DNA of 63,254 nucleotides, counting the filler, from Platydemus manokwari (lineage: Eukaryota): assembly GCA_037951405.1 (NCBI GenBank). It is 6 parts of 6 records of this genome, joined end to end, with 100 filler letters (N's around TTAATTAATTAA, not from the genome) between each part and the next. Parts side by side here need not be neighbours in the genome. Positions count along the whole stretch, not along the records: positions 43,419 to 53,421 come from JBBMOY011180100.1; positions 53,522 to 63,254 come from JBBMOY011212322.1; 4 more parts are not named here. One strand, given 5' to 3'. How positions within the stretch are numbered: the first letter of the stretch is position 1; each line of letters opens with the position of its first letter. The position numbers were made by a program, and so were the translations under genes. Below the pieces are notes generated by a model that was not told the DNA's origin, ran no database searches, and saw only the letters and a list, made by a program, of their open reading frames with translations. Shown piece by piece: positions 51,310 through 63,254 of this stretch.

Positions 51310-53351
51310 TAAATTCGTAGAGAAAGCTATGTTCAAGCTCTAAAAACGGAAAGAAACAACCGGTGAAATAACCAGTTTAAAAAAGAAAGCAACGAGTCCA
51401 GTGGTTATAAACCACCCCATTCTATCAGAACACGGAACCCCGAGCCAATAGCTTCAGAACAGAAGTTCGCTTCAGGTAGAGATGGAGATGAAATACATGG
51501 TCAGAAAACTTTACGATAAGTGCCGAGGCATGCCATATCCAAAAGGAGAACACTTGTGAGGAGAAAGTGGACACTACAGACGTCAGTGTACCTAAGGCGC
51601 AAATGTTTAATATGCGGACAAGGGGGCCATCATTTCAGATTGTTCCATGTAATACAAGGTACAAGGCACAAAGCAGAAGGTAAAAATTTATGTGTTTAGG
51701 ACGAAATCGAGGAACAATTTGATCCAATCGAGACCCAATAATGCACAAGGTAGAAGACCAAAAAACATCAGCAACTCCGTTTCGTTGGCCACATGTTCAG
51801 TGCCAAGGGCATAAAGACTAATTGCTACAAAATCGAACAGATACGAGTTGTCCCATTACCACAATATACTAGCAAACTGCGTTTCGATTTAAGATACAGA
51901 AAAGCAAAGAATCATAGCAACGCAGATGGATTATCTAGGATCAACGAGACACTATGTTCCCAGTGCAAGACGAGACACGATGAAGCAAATACCGAAAAGC
52001 CTAAAACCAAATATTTAGCCCAAATAAAAGTAAAATCGGAGATAATGCAAAAAATACAAGAAGCACAGTATGAAGATGCAGAAATATGGAGACATTCAGA
52101 TTTCTAAATGGCGAAATAACTCTAACTAGCGCGGAATTCTGGAATAAACATTCACTTTCGAGAATTAAAGGTAAGCTGAAGGTGGTCGATAATACGTTGA
52201 TGATGAAGAAATATGAGGATTTGGTTGCTATAATACCAAAAAATTTTGCCTCTAAATTTGTCAAGATAACTCACGAAGAACTCTGCCACTTAGGCTCAAA
52301 GAAAACCTTCGCTTATTTTAACGACAGTTTTATTTGCCCGACATGTTCAACACCATCAAAGTGATACTGAAAGAATGAATTTTCTGTGCAAAGAGAAAGA
52401 TTGATCAATTCAGAACTGAGGAGGTTCAGCTCTCTCGGTTAGACTCTGAGTTTCAAGAGCAAATCGTTGTTGACATTGCTCAAATGGACACGATGCATAG
52501 TAACAAGAAGTATCTAGTAGTCATTATCGACAGATTGAACAAGCTGGTAATCCTCACCGCTACATCTAAGTAGGACGAAAAGACAATTTTCCAGGTCATC
52601 TTGAATTCGTGGATTTATGGTTTTGGAAAGCCAAAGAGCATTCTATCTGATAACGGGTAGTAATTTGGATGCAAATTTATGAGGCGTATTTAAAATTGAA
52701 AATCAAACAAGAATTCAGCTCACCACACCAGCATCAATCGAAAGGGTTAGCGAAAAAAGTCATCAGGACTATACGAGTTATGATAACAGTTACCTTAAAG
52801 GATAAGAGCTCCGACAAATCTTGGGCTGAATTGTTGCCAGGAATAGAGTTCTGCGTCAACGCAACACATCAATCAACAACAAAGTTCTCGCCTTTTGAGG
52901 TAATCTATAGGTGGAAGATCAATGTTCATACGGATGTAAGTCACAGGAACCAAACTCGAGATGATATTACAGCAGCAGCTAGAGAAAATTCTAAAATGAC
53001 AGCCAACATGATGTCTAACCGAGAGAGGGGAAGAAGAACACATCGACTTTTTCATGTTTGAAAGAAGGTGCTAGTTTACGTAGATCCCCACAAGAGGAAG
53101 AAGAATGGATACCAAGACGAGGTCCCTTACCAAATTACCGGATTCAAGTCACACTGGCAAGTGGATATTCAATTCCCTCATGCGATAAAATACAGACAAT
53201 TAGAGTGGCTGAAATGATAAAACGGGCCTTAAGAGGAAGCGAGTAACGTGGTTCAATAAACAAACACGTTGTATTTATTTACATAATTGATTGGCGGAAT
53301 AATTCAGTTTTTTAAATAAATATTATATCTGAAAGTGTCAATGACGTAACT
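51310..53351 (+). mobile_element. Ty3/gypsy retrotransposon, family A copy 2 (gag part, deleted RT/RNase H, integrase, PPT, 3' LTR)
   Basis: YRKAKNHSNADGLSR; integrase THEELCHLG, VVIIDRL, KPKSILSDNG, FSSPHQHQSKG, NATHQSTTKFSPFE; PPT AAGAGGAAGCG then LTR 53242-53351, homologous to 19807-19894. Confidence 0.88.
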
Positions 53352-55879
53352 GAATTGGTAAATGAAGTTCCTATTCTAATCACAACACTTCTATATATTT
53401 TTTGAGTATTTAAATTTAATTNNNNNNNNNNNNNNNNNNNNNNNNNNNNNNNNNNNNNNNNNNNNTTAATTAATTAANNNNNNNNNNNNNNNNNNNNNNN
53501 NNNNNNNNNNNNNNNNNNNNNTTATTATTATTATTGATAATTTCTATTAAGAACTTGTTTTCACACAAACTGCTTTGATGAAAAATTCACCTCAATTCTG
53601 ATATTTATTTTAATGTGAAAGAAATGAAAATTGATGTCAATTGCTAAGCAGAAACGATCGACGAAATTATCATTTTATACCACTTATCAATTTATGTTAG
53701 ACATTTCTATTTTTCCCATGTTTCTCGCCTAACTGACATTTGGAATTAATAAAATGAATTTGTCGATCAAAATAACCCTAAAGGACTCTTTCAACATCCC
53801 ATACAATCTTTTAATTAAAAAATGAAATTTTGTTGTTGATTATTGCCATCAGAATTCGATTTTGTAAAGCAGATTAATACATCTTTCACAATTTACCAGA
53901 AACTCAGCAATGGATTAAATTTTCTTTTCGCTTGCTTGATAGGAAATTCATTTGACAGAGAATTTTATGAGACGTAATTGTTATCTTTCCGTTTTTATTG
54001 TTTTAATATGTGATCCATAATGACAAAAAAATTTATATTAAATTACAATTATTTATGTTGTGTGGCGTTACAGCAAAACATTTATCAAATTTATTGAATG
54101 GCATTTGGGTGATTTTAACATAATATTTTAATAATTGGAATTAGATTTGATCGGCAAAAATTATTTCGACCTTTTTATAAAAATTTGCACTTTATTCCAT
54201 TATATATTTTTTTCATGGTGATTTATTAGCATTTGTGAGCTTGTGCAATGTGATCGATTTAAAAATCCATTAAATTACTTGGGTTTCAGATAATAGCAAT
54301 AATTTATGTTCTCAGCTTCTTAAATATTAACATATAATTTTATTAATCTTATTTATCAGTTTATAATATTAATTATATTCTTTTGATGTTCGATAATATT
54401 AATAATAATTTGATTTAGTTATTGATTTTATTATATTTATAATGATTTTTAATTTAGATTGATTATATTTGATATGGTAATATTTAGATTTAGTATTTTT
54501 ATGTCTAGAATTCATATCGATTTATATTATTATATCTTCTACAATTATATTATCATCAAATTTAGAATTACCGTTTCTATATCATCCAACATATCTATTT
54601 TCATTTGTTACTTTAATTTTGGGGGATTTTGTAATATTATTTCGGTAATAAATTATCTAATCCATATCAAAGCAAATAGATTTGATTTTCACATGGATTT
54701 GAATATTTTATTTATCTTTTTATTAAATATCATATATTTTTCGTCTGTATTAAAAGATTATAGACTTGTCATTTCCAAATCATTTAATTGTTATAATTTT
54801 CACAAATGATAAACGTTAATTTGAGAATACATGTATTTAATTACCGACTAATATTACATGTTATTCAATCCCATAAGCAACATACCAATCAGCCATATCA
54901 TGCAATCTAATTATTCGAGGTCAATTATTCCTTTTAATGTGATTAATGACGGTTTATGTTATAGATGCATTTTAGATTAAATATAATTAAATATAAAAGT
55001 ATAAATTTAGTAATTGTATTAGTAATAATAATATTAATATAATACAATTAAAAGATAATATAATTAAATTCAATGGATCTCTCTTTTCTAATTCATTTTA
55101 AATGCTTGCCTTTACAAAAAAAGACAAAAACGATTTAACTTAGTAGCTATTTATTAAAATTTTCGAAAAAATAATAACAATCTTTAATTTTATTATTATT
55201 CTTATAGCTTCGATAGATAATTTGTAAAAGCTATAACTTCAATAAATAAAACTGCTAAATAAAAAATTAATTATATGACCGCATTTGGAGTTGAATAAAA
55301 AACAAATGCATTATTTATTCCACTTGAAAAACCACCCAAACTGGAACATCTATAAGAAATGTTTATGTTTCCAGTTGTGATGCTGAATAATTTTAATATT
55401 CCGTCATTTATGTGACTTACCAAGTATGCATATCGTTACTTAATAATTAAATAGCTTTCAGTAAATGAAAATTTATCGCTAGGGTTAAATGAATGAATTC
55501 AAGCATAAATGTAAACAAAAATAATTCATTTTTATATGGCTTTAAGCAGAAATTAGAGAATTTGTTATGGTAACTTGGAAGATTAATATTAATCTCATTA
55601 TTAATAGAGGTTCTTTTCAAATCACTACGAGATAATTTCTTGCCAGCTTTCATAATCAGAACTATATAAATTTACCATCAATGAGGATTATTTTTGAGCA
55701 ATATGATAATAGAAATAGATTAATTTTTTGTCTATTAAATAGGTATATATATTTATTTATTTAACCAGGTGTACAGATTAAAATATTCCCTCTATATACA
55801 TGAATTTATGTATTCTATATAGTTTATTTTTATTTTCTAAAACTGAATCGCAATTAACAAGTTTCATTACAACCTATAG

Positions 55880-58800
55880 GAAAACCAGTCATTAGTTGGC
55901 ATTGCTGGTCTCATAATGATTGTTTCGGGAATACTAGGCTCTCTAATTATTGGAGTAATCCTAGATAAAACAAAAGCTTTCAAGTAAGATCTATTATCTA
56001 ACTAGATATTGATAAATATAGCATAGGAAATAAATTATCTATTTCAATTATACACGTGTCAAATTCAGTGATGGTAAAAGTTTCGTCTCGAAATAGAATC
56101 ATTGATCACTCGATATGTTACCAAAACCCAACAGTATCGGCGAAAGCCAATATGCTAATAAAATCTTTTATTCAGATGTGATTTATATTCATCAAATCAT
56201 GAAAAATACAAATGATTTGAGTAACAAATTCGAATTTCCGATTAAAAATTTTGTGGAAACCGTAAAAAGTTGCGGGATTTTTGTTATTCTATTATGATTG
56301 TCGATTTGATATATGATAGTGTTGGATAAATATTTTATTTAAACAATATCTGAAAAAGAATTTTGAAATAAATTCATTTTGACATTTATGAAAAATTAAG
56401 TAAATCAAAAATTTAATTTAGTTACTTTGATTAAAAATAAATTCCCATATTATTAACGAATAAGGGAAATTTAGCAGAAATACTCTATGTTTAATGACAA
56501 AAAATAATGTAAAAAATTGATTGGCCAAATCCAACTGACAGAATTTCTCTAAATTGAAATGATTTAATATAATTTTATTGTATATATGTGTGAAAATATA
56601 AAATTATTATAAATTCATTTATAAATGAAATAATTTAAATTATTAATTTAAAATTTGAATTTTTGATTAATATTTCCAATTTGTAGAAAGTTTTTTTAAT
56701 AATATAAATAAATATCTTTGTTTGGTGAAAATCCTAAATTCATATTCGATACAAAACTTTGACATACACTTGACTTATTCGTTTTGCTCAAATTTTCAAT
56801 ATTTTTATTTACTTATGGAAATGCTATGAATTTTTGTTATCGCCCAATTCCTTTAGTCTGTATTTCAATAGACTTTCATCAAATTTATTTCATATTTTAT
56901 GAGAACCTTTAACTGTAACTTAATCTATTATTTACTTTTCTATATTTAGAATTAGTGTTGTAGTTGTCTACAGTTTCTCAGCGTTAGGTATGGTTGCCTT
57001 TACCAGTGGAATGTACCTGGAATCTTGGGCTGTGGTATTTGGTACAATGTTTTTACTGGGGTAAATATTTTTTATTAATTATAAAGATTGTATTGTATAT
57101 ATAATTATTCTTTAAATTCGATATACGTTATATCATTTTATTTATTTTAATTGACTTTGGTAGATTGAGTGCTGCGTTATAATTATACAATAACTAAACA
57201 ACATACTGGAAGGTATTGAGATTCTTATCTTTGATCTGTGGTTTTAAGTTCATGTTCTTAATTTAATGTTATATTTTAATATTAATGTGGTTTGTTGTTC
57301 ACATTGTCAATTTTAATTCAATCAATAATCAACTACTTTGATTTCGTTTTCCGGCTTAGAACACACCCTAGAAATGAAAAATTCTTTTTCAATCACCTCC
57401 AGATCTCTCTCGACACTGGCGAAAAAACAAGGAATATAGTAAAATATAATAATAATGACGATGCTGTAAAATAATATAAATTTTCTGCTTGGAAAATGGC
57501 TATGAATGATTTTGACATCAATAAAAGAATAAAGGAATTGAGATAAAAATAGATTTAAAAAAATTAATTAAATACGGAGGCTGAAGAAAAACAATATGCA
57601 AAAATTTTATTAAATCAAAATTTTACAGAAACAAAATCGGAAAAACAACAATAAAAATTTAAAAGATATTAAAAATAAACAAGAAGATATAAATTAAAAC
57701 TTTGGTTGTTTATTCAAAAACATATATTCATGAAAATAAACAAAAACCTGGTAATTTATTTAAAGTGAATTGGAAAACATTATACTCAAGGTCAGTTATT
57801 CCATCTTTAGAAGTGAAGATATTAGATCGTATGGATCTTCAACTCATAAAAATCAATGAACTTGAATTTTTAATTGTTGAAATAAATAATACTACTTAAT
57901 TAAATTCAACTGATAGAACTGATGTTTCACTAACGCATGGCTATATAGATGATAAACAATGAACACTTAAAGGTATTGAAACTTATTTTAAAGTTCTTAG
58001 GAAATGGGGCGTTTCATCACAACGTCTCGGAAGCATAGATTATCTTAAAAAGTTGAGACATATGACACTATAAGTTGAAAGCATCTATTGTGGGAAAAAC
58101 TAAATCCACAGGATTAAAGAACTCACAAAGCCAACTTTTAAAAATTTTAAGCCAAATATTCATAAATCATACCATATGATAATCAAACCAGAATTAATGA
58201 AAAATGATACTGACAAATCTCAATACATAAAAATTAATGATCCTGAATTTTTCCTTAACTAATTAAATGATATATTAGAGTTAACTCTAAATTCAGAGAT
58301 TGAATTAAATTTAAAATGCAATTTGATATAGCAAACAATAACCAAACAAACCCCTATTTATCATATGTCAGTTTATGTAAAGGATTATGTTAAATATGTT
58401 AGATTTTCAAAATTTATATTCAATATTTTGTTTTGATGTTAGTGCTCAAGATGAAACATTAATAATACATGGATACAATCAAAATAAAGAAATTAAAAAA
58501 TATTCTGATTTAAAATGTAGAGCTTATTGTTGTATATTAGAAGAAAAAGCTGTTGAAATATTAGTTCAAAAAGAGAACTATGTAGCATTCATGTGTCATT
58601 TCATTTTTTAAAAAATGAGTAACAAAGAAAAACTTTTAAAAAAAATACTTATATTTAATTTTATATTTAATTGTAAAAAGCAAAAAGTCAAAATCATTTA
58701 ATAAATAATAGAATAAAAAAATTTATATGAATAAAAAACAAGAATAAATTGATGTTTAGCCTTTATTAGCAGGATTTTCAGCAATAATATCAGGTTTAGG

Positions 58801-61784
58801 TTGAGTTGTAAGAATAGCTACAGGAATTGATAATGAAATAATCTAGCAAAACAAGCAAAAGAAATCAGACACGGATTTGGTTAGCACCTACTTTGATACT
58901 GATAAAATAAAAGAAAATACTGGAGTTATATGATTTCATAATCGGTAACTTTCATAAATGGAAAATAACTATTAAATGCTTATACATTTATTCTAGCAAT
59001 ATTTATTTTTATTCAAATATATTCTATCCTCTACGTTTACGTTTTAATAAACTATCATATGAATTTAGTGAAAAATCTTTTAACAATTTATCTTCATTAA
59101 TCGGCTCTATAATGATGTTTGAACTTTTTTATTGTTTTCTTTTGTAGATCAAGCCAATTTTGTGATAGATTATTATGGCTTCTTGCATAATAAGCAGACA
59201 TTATTTCTTGATTTTTTGTTATGTAATTATCATATATTATTATTTTTTTATTTTTATTTAAACCAGAAGGATTTGTAATTTCATTAAATTTTAAAGTCAT
59301 GGTTATAGAAGGAATTTCTTTCGATATATTATATTCGTATAGAAAGTTTTCTCAAATTTCTCTAATAGTTATATCTTTATCAAAATTATCTTGTTCCTTG
59401 AATATTTACGTTATATTTTCTTTGGGTAAAACTATGACATAAAATTTGATATTCACCTTGATAAACAGATTTGAAAATATTATTAAAGTTTTATAATATA
59501 GAAATCCTGGTGTAATTAAAAAATGAATGAGTTTTAACATAACCTGAACTTCCAACAATTATCATTCTATAAGTAGGAAACACATGTTCTTGATTGTTAA
59601 ATTAAATTTTATTTTTATTCTAGACAAACACCATTTTTTGTTATGAAAATGTGTAAAGTTCCTCCGAGTATAATCGACGAGATTTTGAGATTTGTAACAC
59701 AGAAATTTAAAAATTTAATAAATCAAAATATGAACGAAAATATTAACAAGTACGAGTTGAGTACGAAGGGTACGAGTACATATAATATGAATAATACGAG
59801 TAGGGATAGTACGAATACGAGTATGAATCGTATAAAAAATACAAATGTAATTAAGAAAGGTCCGAGTACAAATAAAAGCAGGAATAAAAATACAAAATTT
59901 ACGAAATACTCAGTTAAGCTGTCATCTGCATCTAATGGTGACTTTCAACAAGCAATTACAAATAATAAGCTTTTAAATAAATTTACTAGGGTGTATGTTA
60001 ATGGAGAGTTTCATTGAAGAAATATGAATCCATTTAATACAAGTAATTATGTACAAGATCTGGTACAAATATTCAAGAACATTTACAAATTATGATGAAA
60101 TTATTAATAATTACAATGAAACTGTAATGAAATTAGATATTCCACCAATACCTAAAGAAGAACATCAGCATGTAAATAGAATTGATGAAATAGCTATGAA
60201 ATAATAATTTATTACAAAATATAGTTAATAAGTATAATAACAAAATGTATTCCAGTATTAATGTTAGTAATGTGGAAGTGAGTAACAACCTGGAAATTAT
60301 TAAGGTGATAGAAAAACAAAATGATGAAACTTTTAGTTTGAATGCAGAACTAAAATTTGATGTTTGAGATTAATAAAGAATTTCTAAATATAAAAATAAA
60401 TTTGAAAAATATTACACAACAAAATATTCAGAAGAAATAGTTATTAATAAATAAATTTGTGAAACAAAATCTATAACTTATAAATCAATTGATTTAAATG
60501 GTGTAAAAATTCTTGTAAGGTGTTATGAAAATGAATTAATTTCTGATCATGATATCATATATTCATTAACATCATATTATAATATAATTTGTTTTGTTTT
60601 TTCGGTGTCTTGAGGGGACTTGAGGTGGTGAAAATTTTTGTTATATTGCAGGTTATGTTGTCATTGTCTGATCTTACTTTTTACTCTTGTTACATTAATT
60701 TTTTAATATATAAATTTTTTCATATCAGTATATAGGAATAGCCGATATTAGCACGATAGTTCTTTCATTGAAGTAAACCTCAAAAGCACCGAAACATTTG
60801 AGATGTACTTTCGCTTATCTAAAAATACATGTCAAGTTATAAAGAATCTTTTTCACAGAAATCATTCAATGTCATAGTGTAAAGAATATTTATGAAAAGT
60901 AATTCTTACATTGTTATCTTCGTATTTCATTATGGTAAAATAAAAAACATTTCCGCAGAGTTGTTTTTATTATCCTAAAATGGATTTTAATTAATTTTGT
61001 TTGTATAAAAATAATCTTGTAAATCATATCATAACGAATTGAATAAGCGATCTTATAAATCTCCTCTTTACACCGGTCCTTTACGAGTTGAGTAAATTAC
61101 AGATTGACAGCTTTGGTATGTACTGAAGTTCTTCGTTAACTAACATTCTGATTTCTAAGAGAATGTAACCTATTCAGTAATTTCTCAATGACATAGCTTA
61201 ATAAACCAGGCTCAGAAAAGATATTGATTATTTTTTTTAAAAGGAGTTCAGACCTAATTAATGATTACAATAATCCTTTAGAGAATTATCAGTAGAGTAT
61301 TTACTGGAATTATCAGTTGTTTAATCAACAAACCTCCGTAAACACAATATTGATCTTTTTAGAAAATTTATATTTGATTAATACAAAAATTTTAAATTTA
61401 GACTTTTTATGACCGGATATTTACCTCTTGGCTTTGAATTAGCCGCTGAAATGACATATCCTATTAATGAAGGACTGACATCTGGCATATTAAATCTTTC
61501 AGCACAGGTTTACCTTATAATTATTAATTAATTATAAATTAATTATTTATTACATGACTTCTATTTTCATAGACACTAGCAATTATCATGACAAATGTTG
61601 GAACTCTTATTCTTAATAAAACTAGTCCATTATATGCAAACGTATTATTTATCATTTGTCTAGCAATTGGATTAATATTAACAAGTTAGATTTATTCTGA
61701 TCAATTTCTACTGATTGACCCATGGTTTTAGTTTGTATGAAAATAGATTTAAAAAGACAAAAAGCCCAAAAGATGGTTAGTTGA
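55880..61784 (+). CDS. FLVCR/SLC49-family MFS transporter, 3' exons
   Basis: Exons 55880-55983, 56950-57060, 61402-61507, 61573-61684, 61732-61784 join in frame: ...[19 protein letters not shown]...[39 protein letters not shown]...[10 protein letters not shown]; 5' exons not identified. Confidence 0.88.
57360..60660. mobile_element. Collapsed Maverick/Polinton remnant within an FLVCR intron
   Basis: Minus-strand packaging-ATPase-like fragments ([25 protein letters not shown]...KNQ...[13 protein letters not shown]); plus-strand capsid-C-terminus-like [15 protein letters not shown]; imperfect inverted repeats at 57360-57430 and 60594-60659. Confidence 0.7.
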
Positions 61785-63254
61785 TAATGTTTTATTAATT
61801 ATAATATTTAATTCTGAATATTTCCACTCTTGTATCAACTATAAAATCGTGTGAAACAGAATATAAAACATAAAATTATAATTTGAAAACTCTATAATAT
61901 TTTATTTTCAAATACAGAATTTAATAGATTGCAAATCAAGATTTATTGCTAAAAGATATCTAGGATTCCTGAATTTTTTGTTGATTGTTCATGAATTCAT
62001 TAATATTTTATGAAAGAATTCTAAATCACTTTAGAAAGTGTGTCGGAACAGTTTTTATATTTATTCTTTTTAAATAAAAAACTATTAATTTTGGACTGCT
62101 AGATTTTTTTAATTTTTACAATATTAATTTTTTTATTAATATCACTTTCAAATAATAATAGTAATAGAATTTAATATTTTAAAATTACATAGTTGAAGTA
62201 TAGTTTCTGGATTTTTATCTCCTTCACTAAATGAAAAGGATTGCAGTATTATAATATATCAAATTGTAATTCAAGGTGAATAGAACCAATTTCCTAAAAT
62301 ATTTCGTGGTTAAGTTTTAAAATAAAATTTAAAAATTAACACGATGAGGTGTGTTTAATTAAGATTTTGAAGTGATTAAATATAGGAATATTTTGTTTTT
62401 TATTAATAGAGACATTTTGATATTTCATAAGTCGTTCCTAATGATCAAGGTAGTTGTCGATACTAAGAATTATTGAAAAATCTTAAATACAAAAAATGAC
62501 TTTCTATATAATTTTATAAGTTAGATTTATACTGTTTTACCATCTTTAGAAGATACCTTTAGTTTTATCTATAAATTTGTTTATTTCAAGTTTTACTTTA
62601 GTTTTTATTTTTTTCAAATTTTTATCCCAGCTGTTTTATAAATTGGTTATTTTATAAAACTAACGAACCTGAAAAATTTGTAATTGACGACATTAGTTTT
62701 TAAATGGTTTATATTTTTAAATCGCAAGGTCATTTTAAAGAAAAAACATTTAACGAGTGGGGTTTCAAAGACTCATAATATAATATATACGACTTGATTA
62801 AGAAAAAATATATAAATATTCGTGAAAAAAATTAGATGAAGTTAGATTCAAGTTAACTCACTTGTTTTCTAATATATTAATAATAAGCAGTAAAACAGTA
62901 GGGAGTATAATAAAATTGCAGGAAAAAAACAGAGCCGCAGAGGAAATAGCTGGAAAAAATTACTAACATACTTAAAAACAATAATATCCTAATAGTTAAA
63001 TACAATTAATGTCATTCAAAGGCTGCAATTGCTTTACATTATAAATAGCATTTTACTAAAGACTTATTTTCCCGGCTTTTACAGCTGAAGACTATAAGCC
63101 TTTCGTTAATTGCAAGTCATACAAAATTCTTATTTAAATAAGGCGCCTGAAAATCTCATAATAATAGCAGTCCATCGCGAGCGATGATGACGACAACTTC
63201 TGTCTTGTGCAGGTGCATCTAAATATTGTGCTTTCAAAGATAGCTATACAAATG

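Noticed and set aside
54459-54809. 116-aa hydrophobic ORF
   Set aside because: I/F/N/Y-rich composition expected from AT-rich DNA; no motif or splice support.

Overview
AT-rich eukaryotic (animal) genomic DNA from a draft assembly. Six contig blocks are joined by 100-bp spacers (N-run + TTAATTAATTAA + N-run), so adjacency across the spacers is unproven. Host genes are split mostly by very short GT-AG introns (about 25-60 nt), so the ORF track captures them poorly. Reconstructed by eye: a three-repeat filamin resembling the jitterbug C-terminus, a Six3/6 homeobox gene, the 5' part of a USP48-like deubiquitinase head-to-head with Rab3 exon 1, a disrupted TRAF/MATH gene, a probable CRAL-TRIO first exon, and the 3' half of an FLVCR/SLC49 MFS transporter. 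The rest is largely decayed mobile DNA: Ty3/gypsy elements (one family has ~90-110 bp AGT...ACT LTRs), solo LTRs, mariner, hAT, Merlin, MITEs and Maverick/Polinton remnants (PolB; ATPase and capsid-like pieces between inverted repeats inside an FLVCR intron). The most unexpected signal is a tandem pair of type III hammerhead-ribozyme-like motifs at 49999-50165 with complementary defects. All calls are from manual reading and recalled family motifs; no searches were run and the species is not determined.
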